Counted from the stretch's first letter, positions 39,866-50,421 are shown. The stretch: 64,000 bases of DNA from Candidatus Bathyarchaeia archaeon (GCA_050012255.1 JBEKHN010000001.1:32001-96000); one strand, 5' to 3'. Numbers and translations: made by a program. Notes: generated by a model from the letters alone, not told the origin.

Positions 39866-41227
39866 TTGCCAAAATTGTTCGGCAGCTCAGGGGTGCGCGG
39901 CCTAGTTAACGTCGACCTCACACCAGTCCTGGCAGCCCAGATAGGCATGGCTATTGCAGCGTTTTCCAAGGCAAACAAGGTACTTGTTGCTCGGGACACA
40001 AGAAACTCAGGCCCAATGCTTGCAAACGCCTTGGTTTCTGGCCTTCTGTCAGGGGGAGCCAACGTCAAAGACATGGGAATCCTGCCGACCCCAGTGTTGG
40101 CTTTTCTAACTCACAGAATGGACGCAGGCGTGGGCGTGATGATTACGGCTTCACACAACCCACCTCAGTACAATGGCATAAAGATCTTCCACCGTGATAG
40201 CATGGCCTACGGTGAGCAGAGTCAGAACGCGATCGAAAAAATCATCCAAGATAAGCGCTTCAATCTGAAAGATTGGCGAGACATCGGCGACACTCAATCC
40301 GCAGACCAGTCACGCCTGTACGTTGAAATGATACGCAATGCCGTGAAACTCCGCAAAAAACGGCATTTGATAGTAGATTCAGGCTGCGGAGCAACATTCA
40401 GCCTGGCCCCCACAGTTCTAGCGTCTTTAGGCTGCAAAGTTACGGCCTTGAACTCCCAGCCAGACGAGTTTTTTCCCGCCAGAAGCCCTGAACCAAACAA
40501 AGAGTCTCTGACGTCTTTTGCCAGGACTGTCGTGGAACTGGGCGCAGATTTAGGCGTGGCTTACGACGGCGACGGTGACCGAGTGGCTTTCATAGACGAA
40601 GAGGGAAACCTAGCAGACTTTGACCGTGCACTGGCCGCTTATGCCGCGTACGTCACAAAGGAGAAGAAGGGTGGAATCGTCGTAACAAACGTTGAGGCTT
40701 CGATGTGCGTTGAAAAAATGGTAGAGCCGCATGGCGGCAAGGTTCTGAGGACAAAAGTCGGCGACATCTACCTCTCGGAAGCAATAAAAAAACAGAACGC
40801 CATTTTCGGAGGAGAACCGTGCGGAGCATGGATACATCCTCAATTCCACTACTGTCCAGACGGAATACTTTCTTCAGCCCTGCTTCTGAAAGCCCTAGAT
40901 GAAGAAGACAAGAAGTTAACAGAACTAATCTCCGAAACACCCAAGTACGAAACCCTGAGAAAAAACATGACATGCAACAATGAAGCAAAATACAGAGTCG
41001 TGAAGAAAATCGGCGAAGACTTTAGGCAGGTCTTTCCAGGAAACACCGAGCTGTCAAGAGTTGACGGTGTCCGCTTATCCTTAGAAGACGGATGGATCCT
41101 TATCAGGGCATCCGGCACCGAGCCTGTGATAAGGCTGACGGTTGAGGGTGAATCGTTAAGAACAGCAAAGAAGATAATGGAAAAAGGCGTTATGCTTGTC
41201 GAGCAGTCCGCTGGGAAAGTGAAGTAG
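39866..41227 (+). CDS. glmM: Phosphoglucosamine mutase / phosphohexomutase
   Basis: TASHNP, DGDGDR and IRASGTEP motifs; adjacent to glmU. Confidence 0.85.
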   Translation: MPKLFGSSGVRGLVNVDLTPVLAAQIGMAIAAFSKANKVLVARDTRNSGPMLANALVSGLLSGGANVKDMGILPTPVLAFLTHRMDAGVGVMITASHNPPQYNGIKIFHRDSMAYGEQSQNAIEKIIQDKRFNLKDWRDIGDTQSADQSRLYVEMIRNAVKLRKKRHLIVDSGCGATFSLAPTVLASLGCKVTALNSQPDEFFPARSPEPNKESLTSFARTVVELGADLGVAYDGDGDRVAFIDEEGNLADFDRALAAYAAYVTKEKKGGIVVTNVEASMCVEKMVEPHGGKVLRTKVGDIYLSEAIKKQNAIFGGEPCGAWIHPQFHYCPDGILSSALLLKALDEEDKKLTELISETPKYETLRKNMTCNNEAKYRVVKKIGEDFRQVFPGNTELSRVDGVRLSLEDGWILIRASGTEPVIRLTVEGESLRTAKKIMEKGVMLVEQSAGKVK

Positions 41228-42496
41228 ATGAAAGCTGCGATCTTGGCCGCTGGAGAAGGAGTAAGGCTTCAGCCCATAACGGCAACCAGGCCGAAGCATC
41301 TGATAAAGGTCGGTGGAAAACCAATACTCGAACACTGCATAAACGCTTTGAAGGCTTCCGGAGTAAATGAAGCGGTCATAGTCGTCTATTACATGGCAGA
41401 TGCCATACGCGCGTATTTTGGCGACGGTAAAAAGTTTGGGTTGAAGATCGAATACGTCGAGCAAGAGGCCGTGCTTGGAACAGGCAACGCCGTAAGCGTG
41501 GTCGAACCATTTGTGCAGGAAGATTTCCTGCTCGTTAACGGAGACCTGCTCTTCGACGCTGAGGCCGTTAGGACCGTTGTCGACTTGCATCAAAAAGAAA
41601 AGCCGAAGGCCACCATGGCTGTCGTTCCTGTTGAAAATCCAGAGAACTACGGGATAGTGGAACTTGAGAATGGAGGAAGGGTAAGGCGAATAATCGAGAA
41701 ACCTGCCCGCGAAGAATCCCCATCAAACTTGGCTAACGCAGGAATCTATGTTTTTTCAACAGAGATTTTTGGTAAGCTCAAGCAGATTTCTGCTTCGGCT
41801 AGAGGTGAGATGGAAATCCCGGATGCGCTCTCACTGCTCATCAACGAGAAGACGGTGTTGGCTGCCCAGATTGCCGGCGAGCAGTGGCTTGACGTGGGAA
41901 GACCTTGGGACCTGCTGGAGGCAAACCGTTGGGCGTTGATGCGGATGAAACACAAGATAAGCGGGTTCATCGAGAATGGTGCCCACCTGATCGGACAAGT
42001 AACCGTTGCAGAAACTGCTCGCGTGCGCTCAGGAGCATACGTTGAAGGCCCAGCCTACATCGATGAAGAGAGCGATGTGGGACCAAACTGTTACATACGA
42101 CCATGCACGAGCGTCGGTAAGAGGGTGCGGGTGGGAAACGCCTGCGAGGTTAAGAACAGCATCGTGATGGACGGCACGCACATAGGCCACTTGTCATACG
42201 TTGGTGACAGCGTAATCGGTGAAAAGTGCAACATCGCTGCTGGCACGATAACCGCCAATTATCGGCTTGACGCCAAAACGGTCAGGATGATGGTGAAAGA
42301 CAAGGTTGTGGACACCGGAAGAACAAAGCTTGGAGTAGTCTTCGGAGACAACGTGAAGACCGGGATAAACGCGCTTTTCATGCCAGGCGTAAAGGTTGGA
42401 CACGACAGCTGGATCGGCCCGAACGTTCTGGTCTCACGGGACCTGCCGCCAAAAAGCGTTGTGTTGCTGAAGCAAGACTTGGAAAAAAGGACATGA
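41228..42496 (+). CDS. glmU: Bifunctional sugar-1-phosphate nucleotidyltransferase/acetyltransferase
   Basis: LAAGEGVRL...RPK, hexapeptide repeats, HLSYVGDS. Confidence 0.88.
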   Translation: MKAAILAAGEGVRLQPITATRPKHLIKVGGKPILEHCINALKASGVNEAVIVVYYMADAIRAYFGDGKKFGLKIEYVEQEAVLGTGNAVSVVEPFVQEDFLLVNGDLLFDAEAVRTVVDLHQKEKPKATMAVVPVENPENYGIVELENGGRVRRIIEKPAREESPSNLANAGIYVFSTEIFGKLKQISASARGEMEIPDALSLLINEKTVLAAQIAGEQWLDVGRPWDLLEANRWALMRMKHKISGFIENGAHLIGQVTVAETARVRSGAYVEGPAYIDEESDVGPNCYIRPCTSVGKRVRVGNACEVKNSIVMDGTHIGHLSYVGDSVIGEKCNIAAGTITANYRLDAKTVRMMVKDKVVDTGRTKLGVVFGDNVKTGINALFMPGVKVGHDSWIGPNVLVSRDLPPKSVVLLKQDLEKRT

Positions 42497-42568
42497 ATCA
42501 GCGAGACCTTCGGCAGCGTGCGCCGAAAACGATAAAAGCTTTGCAGACTGTTTTTCGTTCGAAGAAGC

Positions 42569-43069
42569 ATGAAAGAAGAGAAAATGGACAAGCTCCTGCG
42601 CGAGCTGATCCGAGATTCAAGGAGAAGCGACAGGGAACTGGCCCGAGCAATCGGGACGTCTCAGCCGACTGTGACGAGGAACAGAAAGCTGCTGGAAGAC
42701 TACATCAGAAGCTACACGATCGTCCCCGAGTTCCACAAGATTGGCTACGAAATCCTAGCCATAACGTTTGCAAAGACGAAGACATACGGAAAAGAAGAGG
42801 TTGAAAGGAAGCTTGACTTGGCAAAGAAATGGACGACGCAGCATCCCAACATTCTTTTCGCCTCCGACGGAGAAGGCTTGGGAAAGGATGCGGTCATGGT
42901 GTCGGTTCACAGGGACTACTCGAAATACGCAGATTTCATGAGAGACTACACGGTCAAGTTTTCAGACTTCATAACGGATGTTCAGTCATTTATCGTGAGC
43001 TTGAAAACGGGGATAATGATTAAACCATTCGACCTCGCTTACCTTTCAGAAGACATCAGCATCGAGTAG
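42569..43069 (+). CDS. Lrp/AsnC-family transcriptional regulator
   Basis: DSRRSDRELARAIGTSQPTVTR HTH; P...KIGY linker. Confidence 0.9.
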   Translation: MKEEKMDKLLRELIRDSRRSDRELARAIGTSQPTVTRNRKLLEDYIRSYTIVPEFHKIGYEILAITFAKTKTYGKEEVERKLDLAKKWTTQHPNILFASDGEGLGKDAVMVSVHRDYSKYADFMRDYTVKFSDFITDVQSFIVSLKTGIMIKPFDLAYLSEDISIE

Positions 43070-43114
43070 CGGCTGCACGGATCTTTTCGCGTTCTGCCCA
43101 GAATTAGAAACGCT

Positions 43115-43162
43115 ACATCCCTGTATTCGCGTTTTCACCCCCTGTATTTGACCTACCCCCTC
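43115..43162. repeat. Dispersed intergenic element, copy 1
   Basis: ACATCCCTGT.TTCGCGTTTTCAC-N13-CCTACCCCCTC; matches 51829-51876. Confidence 0.7.
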
Positions 43163-43262
43163 CCCCCTAGGGTACTAGTACTACACACAGGCATTGGAGA
43201 AGGCCCTACTGACTTGGGGCGGGCATGAAGCAAGGCCCACGGTGAGGACTTAGGAGAGAGTC

Positions 43263-43364
43263 TCTGCAAGGGAGCACTTTTCAATGCACTATACGTCACC
43301 GCATCTTGTGATTTCGTCTGCCTTGGCCACCTCATGGAATGCGTCAGACTTTCAGCCTTGCAGA
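43263..43364 (-). ncRNA. Candidate structured RNA (four-way junction)
   Basis: 9-bp closing stem plus three internal hairpins, one with a GAAA tetraloop. Confidence 0.4.
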
Positions 43365-43456
43365 CAGCCTGCAACGAGAGAAAGGGACTAAAGTGCGCCG
43401 CAAGTCAACAGTTCTATAGATCTTAAATAGACCTTTCACAGATTCACCTTGGTAAG

Positions 43457-43897
43457 GTGTGTTCAGAATTGTCAGTGGCGCAGAGAAAATTTTTCACTGA
43501 AGTGTCAGCGTTGGCAGACAAGAACGTGATAGTTGTGACCGCGAGTGGAAAGAAGTTCAGCGGCAATTTGATAGGCATCAACCCAGATACTCTTAGCCTG
43601 TGCCTTTCAGGGGCAAAGGATGAAGAAGGAAGGATACTTCACAGAGTTTTTGTCAACGGGAACACCGTGTCTCAGATATTGACTGTTGAAAAGCCTTTTG
43701 ACATGAAGGCGCTGGCCGATCGCCTTGAAAAAGTGTTTCCAACGATGGTTAGGCTTTACGAAGACAAGGGTTTCATCTGGGTTATGGACAAGGTTAAGAT
43801 AACTGAGAAAGGCGTTGTGGAAGGTTCAGGTCCGGCTGCTGAGCGTGTACAAAAGGTCTACGAGCAGTTCATGGGTGAAGCTAAGGGCAAGAGCTAG
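43457..43897 (+). CDS. Sm-like protein with C-terminal extension (SmAP3 type)
   Basis: Sm fold (GKKFSGNLIG...LSLCL...FVNG) plus Lsm_C-like tail (V.EKGV.EGSGPAAERV). Confidence 0.88.
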   Translation: MCSELSVAQRKFFTEVSALADKNVIVVTASGKKFSGNLIGINPDTLSLCLSGAKDEEGRILHRVFVNGNTVSQILTVEKPFDMKALADRLEKVFPTMVRLYEDKGFIWVMDKVKITEKGVVEGSGPAAERVQKVYEQFMGEAKGKS

Positions 43898-44646
43898 ATA
43901 AACCAGCGGAACCGCTGTTCCTCTCTCTTCTTTTCTTCTCCAACATTTCTGATCAGGCCGAAGGATTCCAGTATCTTCTCAGTCTCTTCTGCAGCCGTGT
44001 CTAGCCTTGAAAGGTCAATGTTCATGCTCAAAAACTTGTTCAAAGCTGACAGCAAGGTGCGCGTCGCATTCACATCAGGATGCGTGCCCAAAGTGTCCAC
44101 GAGAAGCGAAAAACTCTTCACGCCTCGAAGCTTGGCCAACCCCACCATGATGCCAGCGATTCCGAATATTTCCCCAACCATTATTTTGGTCCCGAGGGCT
44201 AAGGCTTCTTCGAGAGTTTCATGGTCGGACGCAGCACAGTACATCTGCGGAGGCGTCTTGACTTCTTCTTGCCTGTACCCACCGAGAGTTATCACGTACT
44301 TGCAGTTCAACTCTTTGGCAACATCCAGAACACGACCACAAAGTTCATACTGCCCCGAAGTTGTCAAGGCCTGAGTGTTGCCATACCAAACGATGATGTC
44401 ACGCTCACCGTTCTTGCCCTTGTAATAGTAAAGTTCGTTTACAGGAGACCGTATCCTCCCATTCTCAATAGTGACTGCGAGATCTTGAAACGCCGAAGAA
44501 TGAATCTCGGCGAAGCGTTCAGCCTTCAACTCATGGATCAAATGCAGACCCGCGATGTTGGCCACAAAACCTATCCCTGGCAACCCTTCGATCAACACTG
44601 GATCTCGAAGCTTCGGTTTCTCGAAGACCTCAACCACGCAGACCAT
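43894..44646 (-). CDS. PAC2-family proteasome assembly chaperone
   Basis: LIEGLPGIGFVA, ITLGGY and HPD motifs. Confidence 0.9.
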   Translation of the reverse strand: MVCVVEVFEKPKLRDPVLIEGLPGIGFVANIAGLHLIHELKAERFAEIHSSAFQDLAVTIENGRIRSPVNELYYYKGKNGERDIIVWYGNTQALTTSGQYELCGRVLDVAKELNCKYVITLGGYRQEEVKTPPQMYCAASDHETLEEALALGTKIMVGEIFGIAGIMVGLAKLRGVKSFSLLVDTLGTHPDVNATRTLLSALNKFLSMNIDLSRLDTAAEETEKILESFGLIRNVGEEKKREEQRFRWFI

Positions 44647-44735
44647 CTGATCATATCCTCGGTGCTCACGTGAACGCGTAGTAGATGAAGAATAACGGTA
44701 TAAGTGTGTTTTGATAAAAGCAAGACGGTCTGTGA

Positions 44736-46784
44736 CTATTGGAAGGCGACGAGGCTCATCTTTTCTAGGTCTCGCAGAAACTTCAACACGTATTCTGGAT
44801 TGGTCTCACTGTATTCGGCTGATACAGCATTTAGAATTTCGTGTAAGCTTCGTTTTCCATTCATGAAGTTTAGAATTTCAGCTGCTTTCCTGTGGAATTC
44901 GCTGTCTTTCTCGTCGATTTCCCGGTACCACTCAAACTCTTTTTCGCTCAAGCCTTTTCTTACGGCTTCGAAATCAAGCGTTCCCTTGAACAGTCTCTTG
45001 GGAACTAACTTCCTCAGCTCATTCTTCGTGTCCCCTGCTTCAACCGTGACCGGAAGTGTCAATGCCCAGGTTTTGGCAACGAAGTTCAAGGCTTGAAGAA
45101 GCCTCGCAACTTCCTTTTTGCCGAAATCTGCAGTGTCTTTGCAGTATTCGTCTAGAAGGGCTTTCAACTCTTGGGTCTGTCCAACCCGCGTCACCGACTT
45201 GACCGCTTGCTGCTCGCGCCAGACAATATGGTCTATCTTGTTCTCGTAGCGCTGCGCCGTTTTCACCAGTTCCTTAGCCAGTTCCTCTGGCTTATCTTTG
45301 AGCTTCTGATCTCTTTTCTTTTCGAACAGCGTTTCAACTGCTTCTCGTCCAGCTTCTTCGATTCTCCCGATGCCTCTTGAGGCGGTCTGGGTTGCCAACA
45401 GAAACGCTTCTTCCGCTTCAGCGCTTGCGAGTGTCAGGGCTGCAACCGTTGCGATCCATCCAACACGTTTCAGACTGTCAGGACTGACCTTGTCGATAGT
45501 GTCCATGCTTGTGTGGTAGTAGAGGTCGGGCCATTGCAACAGCATGATGCACGGCACGCCTATGGTGGAGTCGGTGAATTCTGCGTGATCGCTTCCCCCG
45601 CTGAAAGCACCCGTAGCGTAGCGAAACGTGGATGTTGAACCGAAGGCCGATGATGAATCGAATTCTTTCACCGATTCTTCCATGAGGCTGAAAACGAAGT
45701 CGTTCAGGTATGAAGGCAGAGAGTCTGGAGTGCGGTCAAGGTTAAGCGTGGATTTGCACAACTCTTGGTTTTGACCGACCATGTCCAAGTTTATCCCCGC
45801 AACCAGCTTCGGCGGCAAGTCTTCATGGCCATGAAGATAGGCTATTGAGCCGAAAGTCTCAGGAACCCAGATGAAGCGTATCGTCCTGGCTGGCCTTTCA
45901 ATCTTGCCTTTGGCAATCAAGGCTATAATGGTTCTGGCAACTTCGAGAAGGAGGCCGCTGCCGGAAGCGTTATCGTTAGCGCTGGGCTTCGGATGGCACA
46001 GGTGTGCAATCAAGAATACCTCTTCGTCTGGCTTTGACATGCCAGGAATTGTAGCGGTTACAACGTCCAAGTTGCTGGGGAACAGCTGCGCTTCGACGTT
46101 TGCTTTCAGCTTGACTGGTTTGCCGCCTTTGAGCAGGGCCCTAAGATGATTTCCCTGTCGTTTACTCAGGGAGAAACCAAATCTCACCTTTGGAAGTTCG
46201 TCTGCGCTTGGCCAGATCGATTGATACGCGTGCGCGTCGGGTACGTCTACGCTTTCTCTGACGTCTGGCATTTCGAAGGTTATCGTGTCAGTAATAACGC
46301 CAGCGGCATCGTGCTTGTAGACGGCTAGCTCATGTACTCGTCTGGCTCTGCCTGTTGCCAGCACGAATTTTCCTTTCACATCTTTTCCTTCGTAGTCTGC
46401 CGGCTTAGTTCCTGCTCCAACGTCAACGAGCTCCGCCGTGACCCCTTCCGGCGGTGTCGCGCTGCTGCAGGTGTGTAAGCATTGGGGAACATCCTCATAT
46501 GTCGCAATCAGCTTTTCTTGAGGCTCGATGAGGCGAAGTTCAGCACTTTTGACCGTCCAGCCGACTGGTGAAGTGTACGTCCAGTATTTCTTCTTTCCAT
46601 CAGCAGGAAACTGTTCGATAGTGGCATCGTTCAAGCCCATGCTTACCAATTCGCTCTTCACGTACTCTGCGGCTTCATGAAACATGGTGGAAGCCTGAAT
46701 CCTGTGGAAACGCGAGATCTGCGCCACAAACGACTTGGCCACGTTCCCGGAAATCTCTTCCTTGACAACCTTGTTCAGACTCAT
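44736..46784 (-). CDS. M28-like aminopeptidase with PA domain (DUF4910-like)
   Basis: AHLCHP, ANDNASG, PE, NLDMVG, GSDH and YHTSMD motifs; start trimmed to MSLNK. Confidence 0.88.
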   Translation of the reverse strand: MSLNKVVKEEISGNVAKSFVAQISRFHRIQASTMFHEAAEYVKSELVSMGLNDATIEQFPADGKKKYWTYTSPVGWTVKSAELRLIEPQEKLIATYEDVPQCLHTCSSATPPEGVTAELVDVGAGTKPADYEGKDVKGKFVLATGRARRVHELAVYKHDAAGVITDTITFEMPDVRESVDVPDAHAYQSIWPSADELPKVRFGFSLSKRQGNHLRALLKGGKPVKLKANVEAQLFPSNLDVVTATIPGMSKPDEEVFLIAHLCHPKPSANDNASGSGLLLEVARTIIALIAKGKIERPARTIRFIWVPETFGSIAYLHGHEDLPPKLVAGINLDMVGQNQELCKSTLNLDRTPDSLPSYLNDFVFSLMEESVKEFDSSSAFGSTSTFRYATGAFSGGSDHAEFTDSTIGVPCIMLLQWPDLYYHTSMDTIDKVSPDSLKRVGWIATVAALTLASAEAEEAFLLATQTASRGIGRIEEAGREAVETLFEKKRDQKLKDKPEELAKELVKTAQRYENKIDHIVWREQQAVKSVTRVGQTQELKALLDEYCKDTADFGKKEVARLLQALNFVAKTWALTLPVTVEAGDTKNELRKLVPKRLFKGTLDFEAVRKGLSEKEFEWYREIDEKDSEFHRKAAEILNFMNGKRSLHEILNAVSAEYSETNPEYVLKFLRDLEKMSLVAFQ

Positions 46785-46866
46785 ACTCAAACCACACAGC
46801 CTAAGCGGTAATGGTATGTGGTGAATGTTTTTTATATTTGTGCTTGTCAGTCTTGTGTAAGGTCTG

Positions 46867-48483
46867 ATGATGTCCTTTGAAATCAGAGAAAAAGCTTTGC
46901 TTGCAAGGGTTGGCCGACTCAGAACAAAGAGCGGAACCGTCGAGACTCCCCTGTTTTTTCCGGTGGTAAACCCGACAGTCCAGCCGATCTCTCCGAGAAA
47001 GATCCGTGAAGAGTTTGGCTTTGAGGCCCTGATAACCAACGCTTACATACTGAAAAAACACTTACAGAACCAGCCTGCACAAAACGGTTTGCACGACTTT
47101 CTGGATTTCAAAGGAGCGGTGATGACTGATTCTGGGGCGTACCAGATCCTGGTCTACGGAGACGTGGAAGTAACCCCGAAGGAAATTGTTGAGTATCAGG
47201 AGATGATAGGTTCAGACATCGCCACGATACTGGACATACCGACAGGTTGGAAGGTGACGGAAGAAGGTGCAAGCGAGACCGTGATGGAAACGTTGAAGCG
47301 TGCAAGGGACTTTTTCAAACAGAGAACTAGAGACGACATTCTTTGGGTCGGCCCAGTTCAAGGAGGAAGATACCTGGACCTTGTGGCCAAATCGGCCAAA
47401 GCAATGGGAAAGCTGCCGTTCGAGATAAACGCGCTGGGAAGCCCCACTGAAGTTATGGAACGCTACAGGTTTGATGTTTTGGTTGACATGATAATGGCTG
47501 CGAAGATGAACTTACCCGTTGAGCGGCCCCTGCACCTTTTCGGGGCAGGGCACCCCTTCATGTTCGCTCTGGCAGTGGCTCTCGGATGCGACTTCTTCGA
47601 CTCGGCAGCCTACTCCCTGTTCGCAAAAGAAAATCGTTACATGACGGAGACTGGTACGGCAAGGCTGGGTGACCTGGAGTATTTCCCATGTGCGTGTCCA
47701 AGATGCACCAGAACAACCCCAAAAGAAGCATTCGAGATGCCTTCAACCGACAGGCAGGTGTTCCTTGCGGAACACAACCTCTATGTCTGCGCCGCCGAGA
47801 TGAAGCGCGTGAAGCAGGCAATAAAGGACGGCAGACTTTGGGAACATCTGCAGATGCGCGCGCACGGACACCCGTCGCTCCTTCAGGCACTCAGAAGACT
47901 GGGAAAATACCAAGATTTCATCGAAAAGAATGATCCTGTGGTGAAAAACAGCGGACTCTTCTTCTTCGACTCTGTCGACTTGACCCGACCAGAAGTTGTT
48001 CGCCACAGGAAGAGACTCGCAGGAAGATACGCTCCTCCGGCCGCAAGCATTCTGCTGCTTGTACCCCAAACCAGAATGAAGCCTTTTCACAAGTCCAGAG
48101 ATTTCAGAAAACTTGGAAGTCAACTGTCCGAAAAGCTCGGGGCGGAGCAAAGCAAGATCCACGCGTGCTTCTACGCTGCTCCCTTCGGCATAGTTCCACA
48201 CGAGCTCGACGAGGTCTATCCGCTTTCGCAGTATGAGACCGTTCTTCCTCCTGACGCGGAAACGGTGAGTTACGTTGCAGACCAAGTAGCCGAGTATATT
48301 GCACACAATAGTTATGAAATGGTCATACTGCTCAACGATTCCATAAATTGGGGAAGATCGATCCTGAAAGCGTCCAGAAAAGCCTGCTTGAAAAGCAAAG
48401 TGAGTTTTCAATGCTTCAACACTGATGAAAAGCAAGAAGAGGCCCTGCTGACGCTCTTAGGGAAAATTCTGCGCAGAAATTGA
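46867..48483 (+). CDS. tgtA: Archaeosine tRNA-guanine(15) transglycosylase
   Basis: MTDSGAYQ, LDIPT, PVQGG, HLFGAGHP, FDSAAY, CxCxxC and HNL motifs. Confidence 0.95.
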   Translation: MMSFEIREKALLARVGRLRTKSGTVETPLFFPVVNPTVQPISPRKIREEFGFEALITNAYILKKHLQNQPAQNGLHDFLDFKGAVMTDSGAYQILVYGDVEVTPKEIVEYQEMIGSDIATILDIPTGWKVTEEGASETVMETLKRARDFFKQRTRDDILWVGPVQGGRYLDLVAKSAKAMGKLPFEINALGSPTEVMERYRFDVLVDMIMAAKMNLPVERPLHLFGAGHPFMFALAVALGCDFFDSAAYSLFAKENRYMTETGTARLGDLEYFPCACPRCTRTTPKEAFEMPSTDRQVFLAEHNLYVCAAEMKRVKQAIKDGRLWEHLQMRAHGHPSLLQALRRLGKYQDFIEKNDPVVKNSGLFFFDSVDLTRPEVVRHRKRLAGRYAPPAASILLLVPQTRMKPFHKSRDFRKLGSQLSEKLGAEQSKIHACFYAAPFGIVPHELDEVYPLSQYETVLPPDAETVSYVADQVAEYIAHNSYEMVILLNDSINWGRSILKASRKACLKSKVSFQCFNTDEKQEEALLTLLGKILRRN

Positions 48484-48493
48484 GGAAACAAGC

Positions 48494-49099
48494 TTGATCC
48501 AAGCCGACCTGCATATACATACAAAATACTCATTTGATTCCTCAATAAACCCGAAGTCGCTGGTAGACCAGCTTTACTCTCACCAATCAATCAAAGTAAT
48601 AGCCATAACTGATCACAACACGGTCGAAGGCTATCATAAAGTCCGAGAATTGGCCTCTGCATATTCGGACATTCTTGTGATTCCGGGGATTGAAATAGGC
48701 ACACCACTGGGCGACTTAATAGTCTTGGGCACAGATGAAGCTCCTCCCAAACCCTGGGACGTGAATGGCGTGATCAGTTTTGCTGAGGAAAAAGACGGTG
48801 TGGTCATTGTTCCACACCCGTATAGAGAGTACGGCCTGGGAAGCTCGGCCAAGCTCTACGCTGTCGACGCCATAGAGACTCTGAACGGCTCAACATCGCT
48901 TCACATGAATAAGCTGGCTGAAAACTTGGCTAAAGAAATGGGCCTTCCCGGCGTTGCTGGCAGCGACGCTCACAACGTCGATGAACTGTGGACTGTCCGT
49001 AATGAAATTCAAGCTTCTTTAGATGTTGATGAGGTTCTCAAGGCCATTAAGAAGGGTTTGGTGAAACCTTTTTCGACTGGAAAGTCAATACATTTTTAA
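48494..49099 (+). CDS. PHP-domain phosphoesterase
   Basis: DLHIHT, ITDHN, HP and GSDAH motifs. Confidence 0.92.
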   Translation: MIQADLHIHTKYSFDSSINPKSLVDQLYSHQSIKVIAITDHNTVEGYHKVRELASAYSDILVIPGIEIGTPLGDLIVLGTDEAPPKPWDVNGVISFAEEKDGVVIVPHPYREYGLGSSAKLYAVDAIETLNGSTSLHMNKLAENLAKEMGLPGVAGSDAHNVDELWTVRNEIQASLDVDEVLKAIKKGLVKPFSTGKSIHF

Positions 49100-49141
49100 A
49101 ACAGCGCAGGGCATGTTTACTGAAACAGCGGTTGAAAAGAA

Positions 49142-50407
49142 ATGGGACAGCTGCAAGTTGGATTTCTGGGTGGCACCCAAGAAGTTGGCAGGATAGCAAT
49201 AACGGTTAAGACCGAAAAAACTCAGGTTTTGCTTGACTACGGGGCCATGTTGGACCATGAACCTGGGTTTCCCAGGCATATACCGCCGAAGGATGTTGAT
49301 GGAATAATTCTGTCCCACAGTCATCTGGACCATTCAGGTGCTATTCCGATATTCTACATTCAGGGAAAGAAACCGCTCTACACAAACAGGCTGACCATGG
49401 AGCTGAATCAGCTATTGATATCAGACTTCATCCACCTGTCCAGCTATTACCTGCCGTTTGAATTCTTGGAACTCAAGTCGATGATGCAGAACAGCAAGCA
49501 CGTCGACTTCGACGTCGAACAGAAAGTCGGAGACATGGCATTCCAGTTTAAGAACGCCGGACACATCCCAGGGAGCACGCAGACGCTTATCGAAGCTGAA
49601 GGTAAGAGGCTGCTTTACACCGGCGACTTCAACATCATGAACACGAGACTGCTTGAGGGTGCGAAAATGAACTACGGAGACCTTGATGCGGTGATAATCG
49701 AGAGCACGTATGCGAACGAAGACCACACGGAACGCTCGGAGCTGGAAAAACGATTCGTGGACTCGTGCACAGAAGTCGTGGAAAAAGGCGGCGTAGTCTT
49801 GGTTCCAGCCTTCGGAGTCGGCAGGTCGCAGGAGCTGGCCTGCGTTTTGGCAGCTCATCACTTTGAACACCCAGTCACGATCGACGGGATGGCCCGTGAA
49901 GTGAGCAGGGTGATGATGAATTACTCGCAGTTTCTCAGGGACGAGAGAGCCTTTTCTGATGCCATACACGCGACCAACTGGGTTGAGGGGTGGAGAGACC
50001 GGAGAAAAGCCGCGAGAATGCCCGGCGTCATCATCTCGCCCGCTGGCATGCTTAAAGGTGGCCCTGCTGTCTTTTACACTTCAAAGGTCGGGAAGAGGTC
50101 AGAGAACGCGGTGTTTCTGGTCAGCTACCAGATTCCGGGAACACCTGGAAAGGAGCTGCTTGAGAAGCGTATATGCGTCATCGACGGGAAGATGAGGAAG
50201 ATCAAAGCTCGCGTTGAACACTTTGATTTTTCATCCCATTGCGGAGCAAGCGAGCTTCGAGAAGCCCTGAAGAGACTCGGCGGAAAACCGAAGGTCTTCG
50301 TGGTTCACGGGGCAGAGGGGAACTGTGAACTCTTGGCAAAATGGGCACGGAGCGAAATGGGACTCGAAGCCACGGCGCCGAAGACCGGCGAGACATTCAA
50401 GGTCTAG
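49142..50407 (+). CDS. Beta-CASP metallo-beta-lactamase ribonuclease (aCPSF2-like)
   Basis: SHSHLDHSG, AGHIPGS, TGD, ESTY, FSSH and VHG motifs; no KH domains. Confidence 0.92.
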   Translation: MGQLQVGFLGGTQEVGRIAITVKTEKTQVLLDYGAMLDHEPGFPRHIPPKDVDGIILSHSHLDHSGAIPIFYIQGKKPLYTNRLTMELNQLLISDFIHLSSYYLPFEFLELKSMMQNSKHVDFDVEQKVGDMAFQFKNAGHIPGSTQTLIEAEGKRLLYTGDFNIMNTRLLEGAKMNYGDLDAVIIESTYANEDHTERSELEKRFVDSCTEVVEKGGVVLVPAFGVGRSQELACVLAAHHFEHPVTIDGMAREVSRVMMNYSQFLRDERAFSDAIHATNWVEGWRDRRKAARMPGVIISPAGMLKGGPAVFYTSKVGKRSENAVFLVSYQIPGTPGKELLEKRICVIDGKMRKIKARVEHFDFSSHCGASELREALKRLGGKPKVFVVHGAEGNCELLAKWARSEMGLEATAPKTGETFKV

Positions 50408-50421
50408 AGAGAACAGGAAAG

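Noticed and set aside
43150-43400. Intergenic RNA as RNase P RNA, SRP RNA, group I/II intron or active hammerhead
   Set aside because: Lacks the RNase P P4 motifs, SRP helix 8, a group I P7 pairing and group II domain V; the hammerhead core lacks G8. Kept only as an unknown structured RNA.
46785-47039. Long N-terminal extension of the M28 ORF overlapping tgtA (similar extensions for rnp3, DUF54, tatD, archaemetzincin)
   Set aside because: Longest-ORF artefacts; recognisable domains begin at downstream starts.
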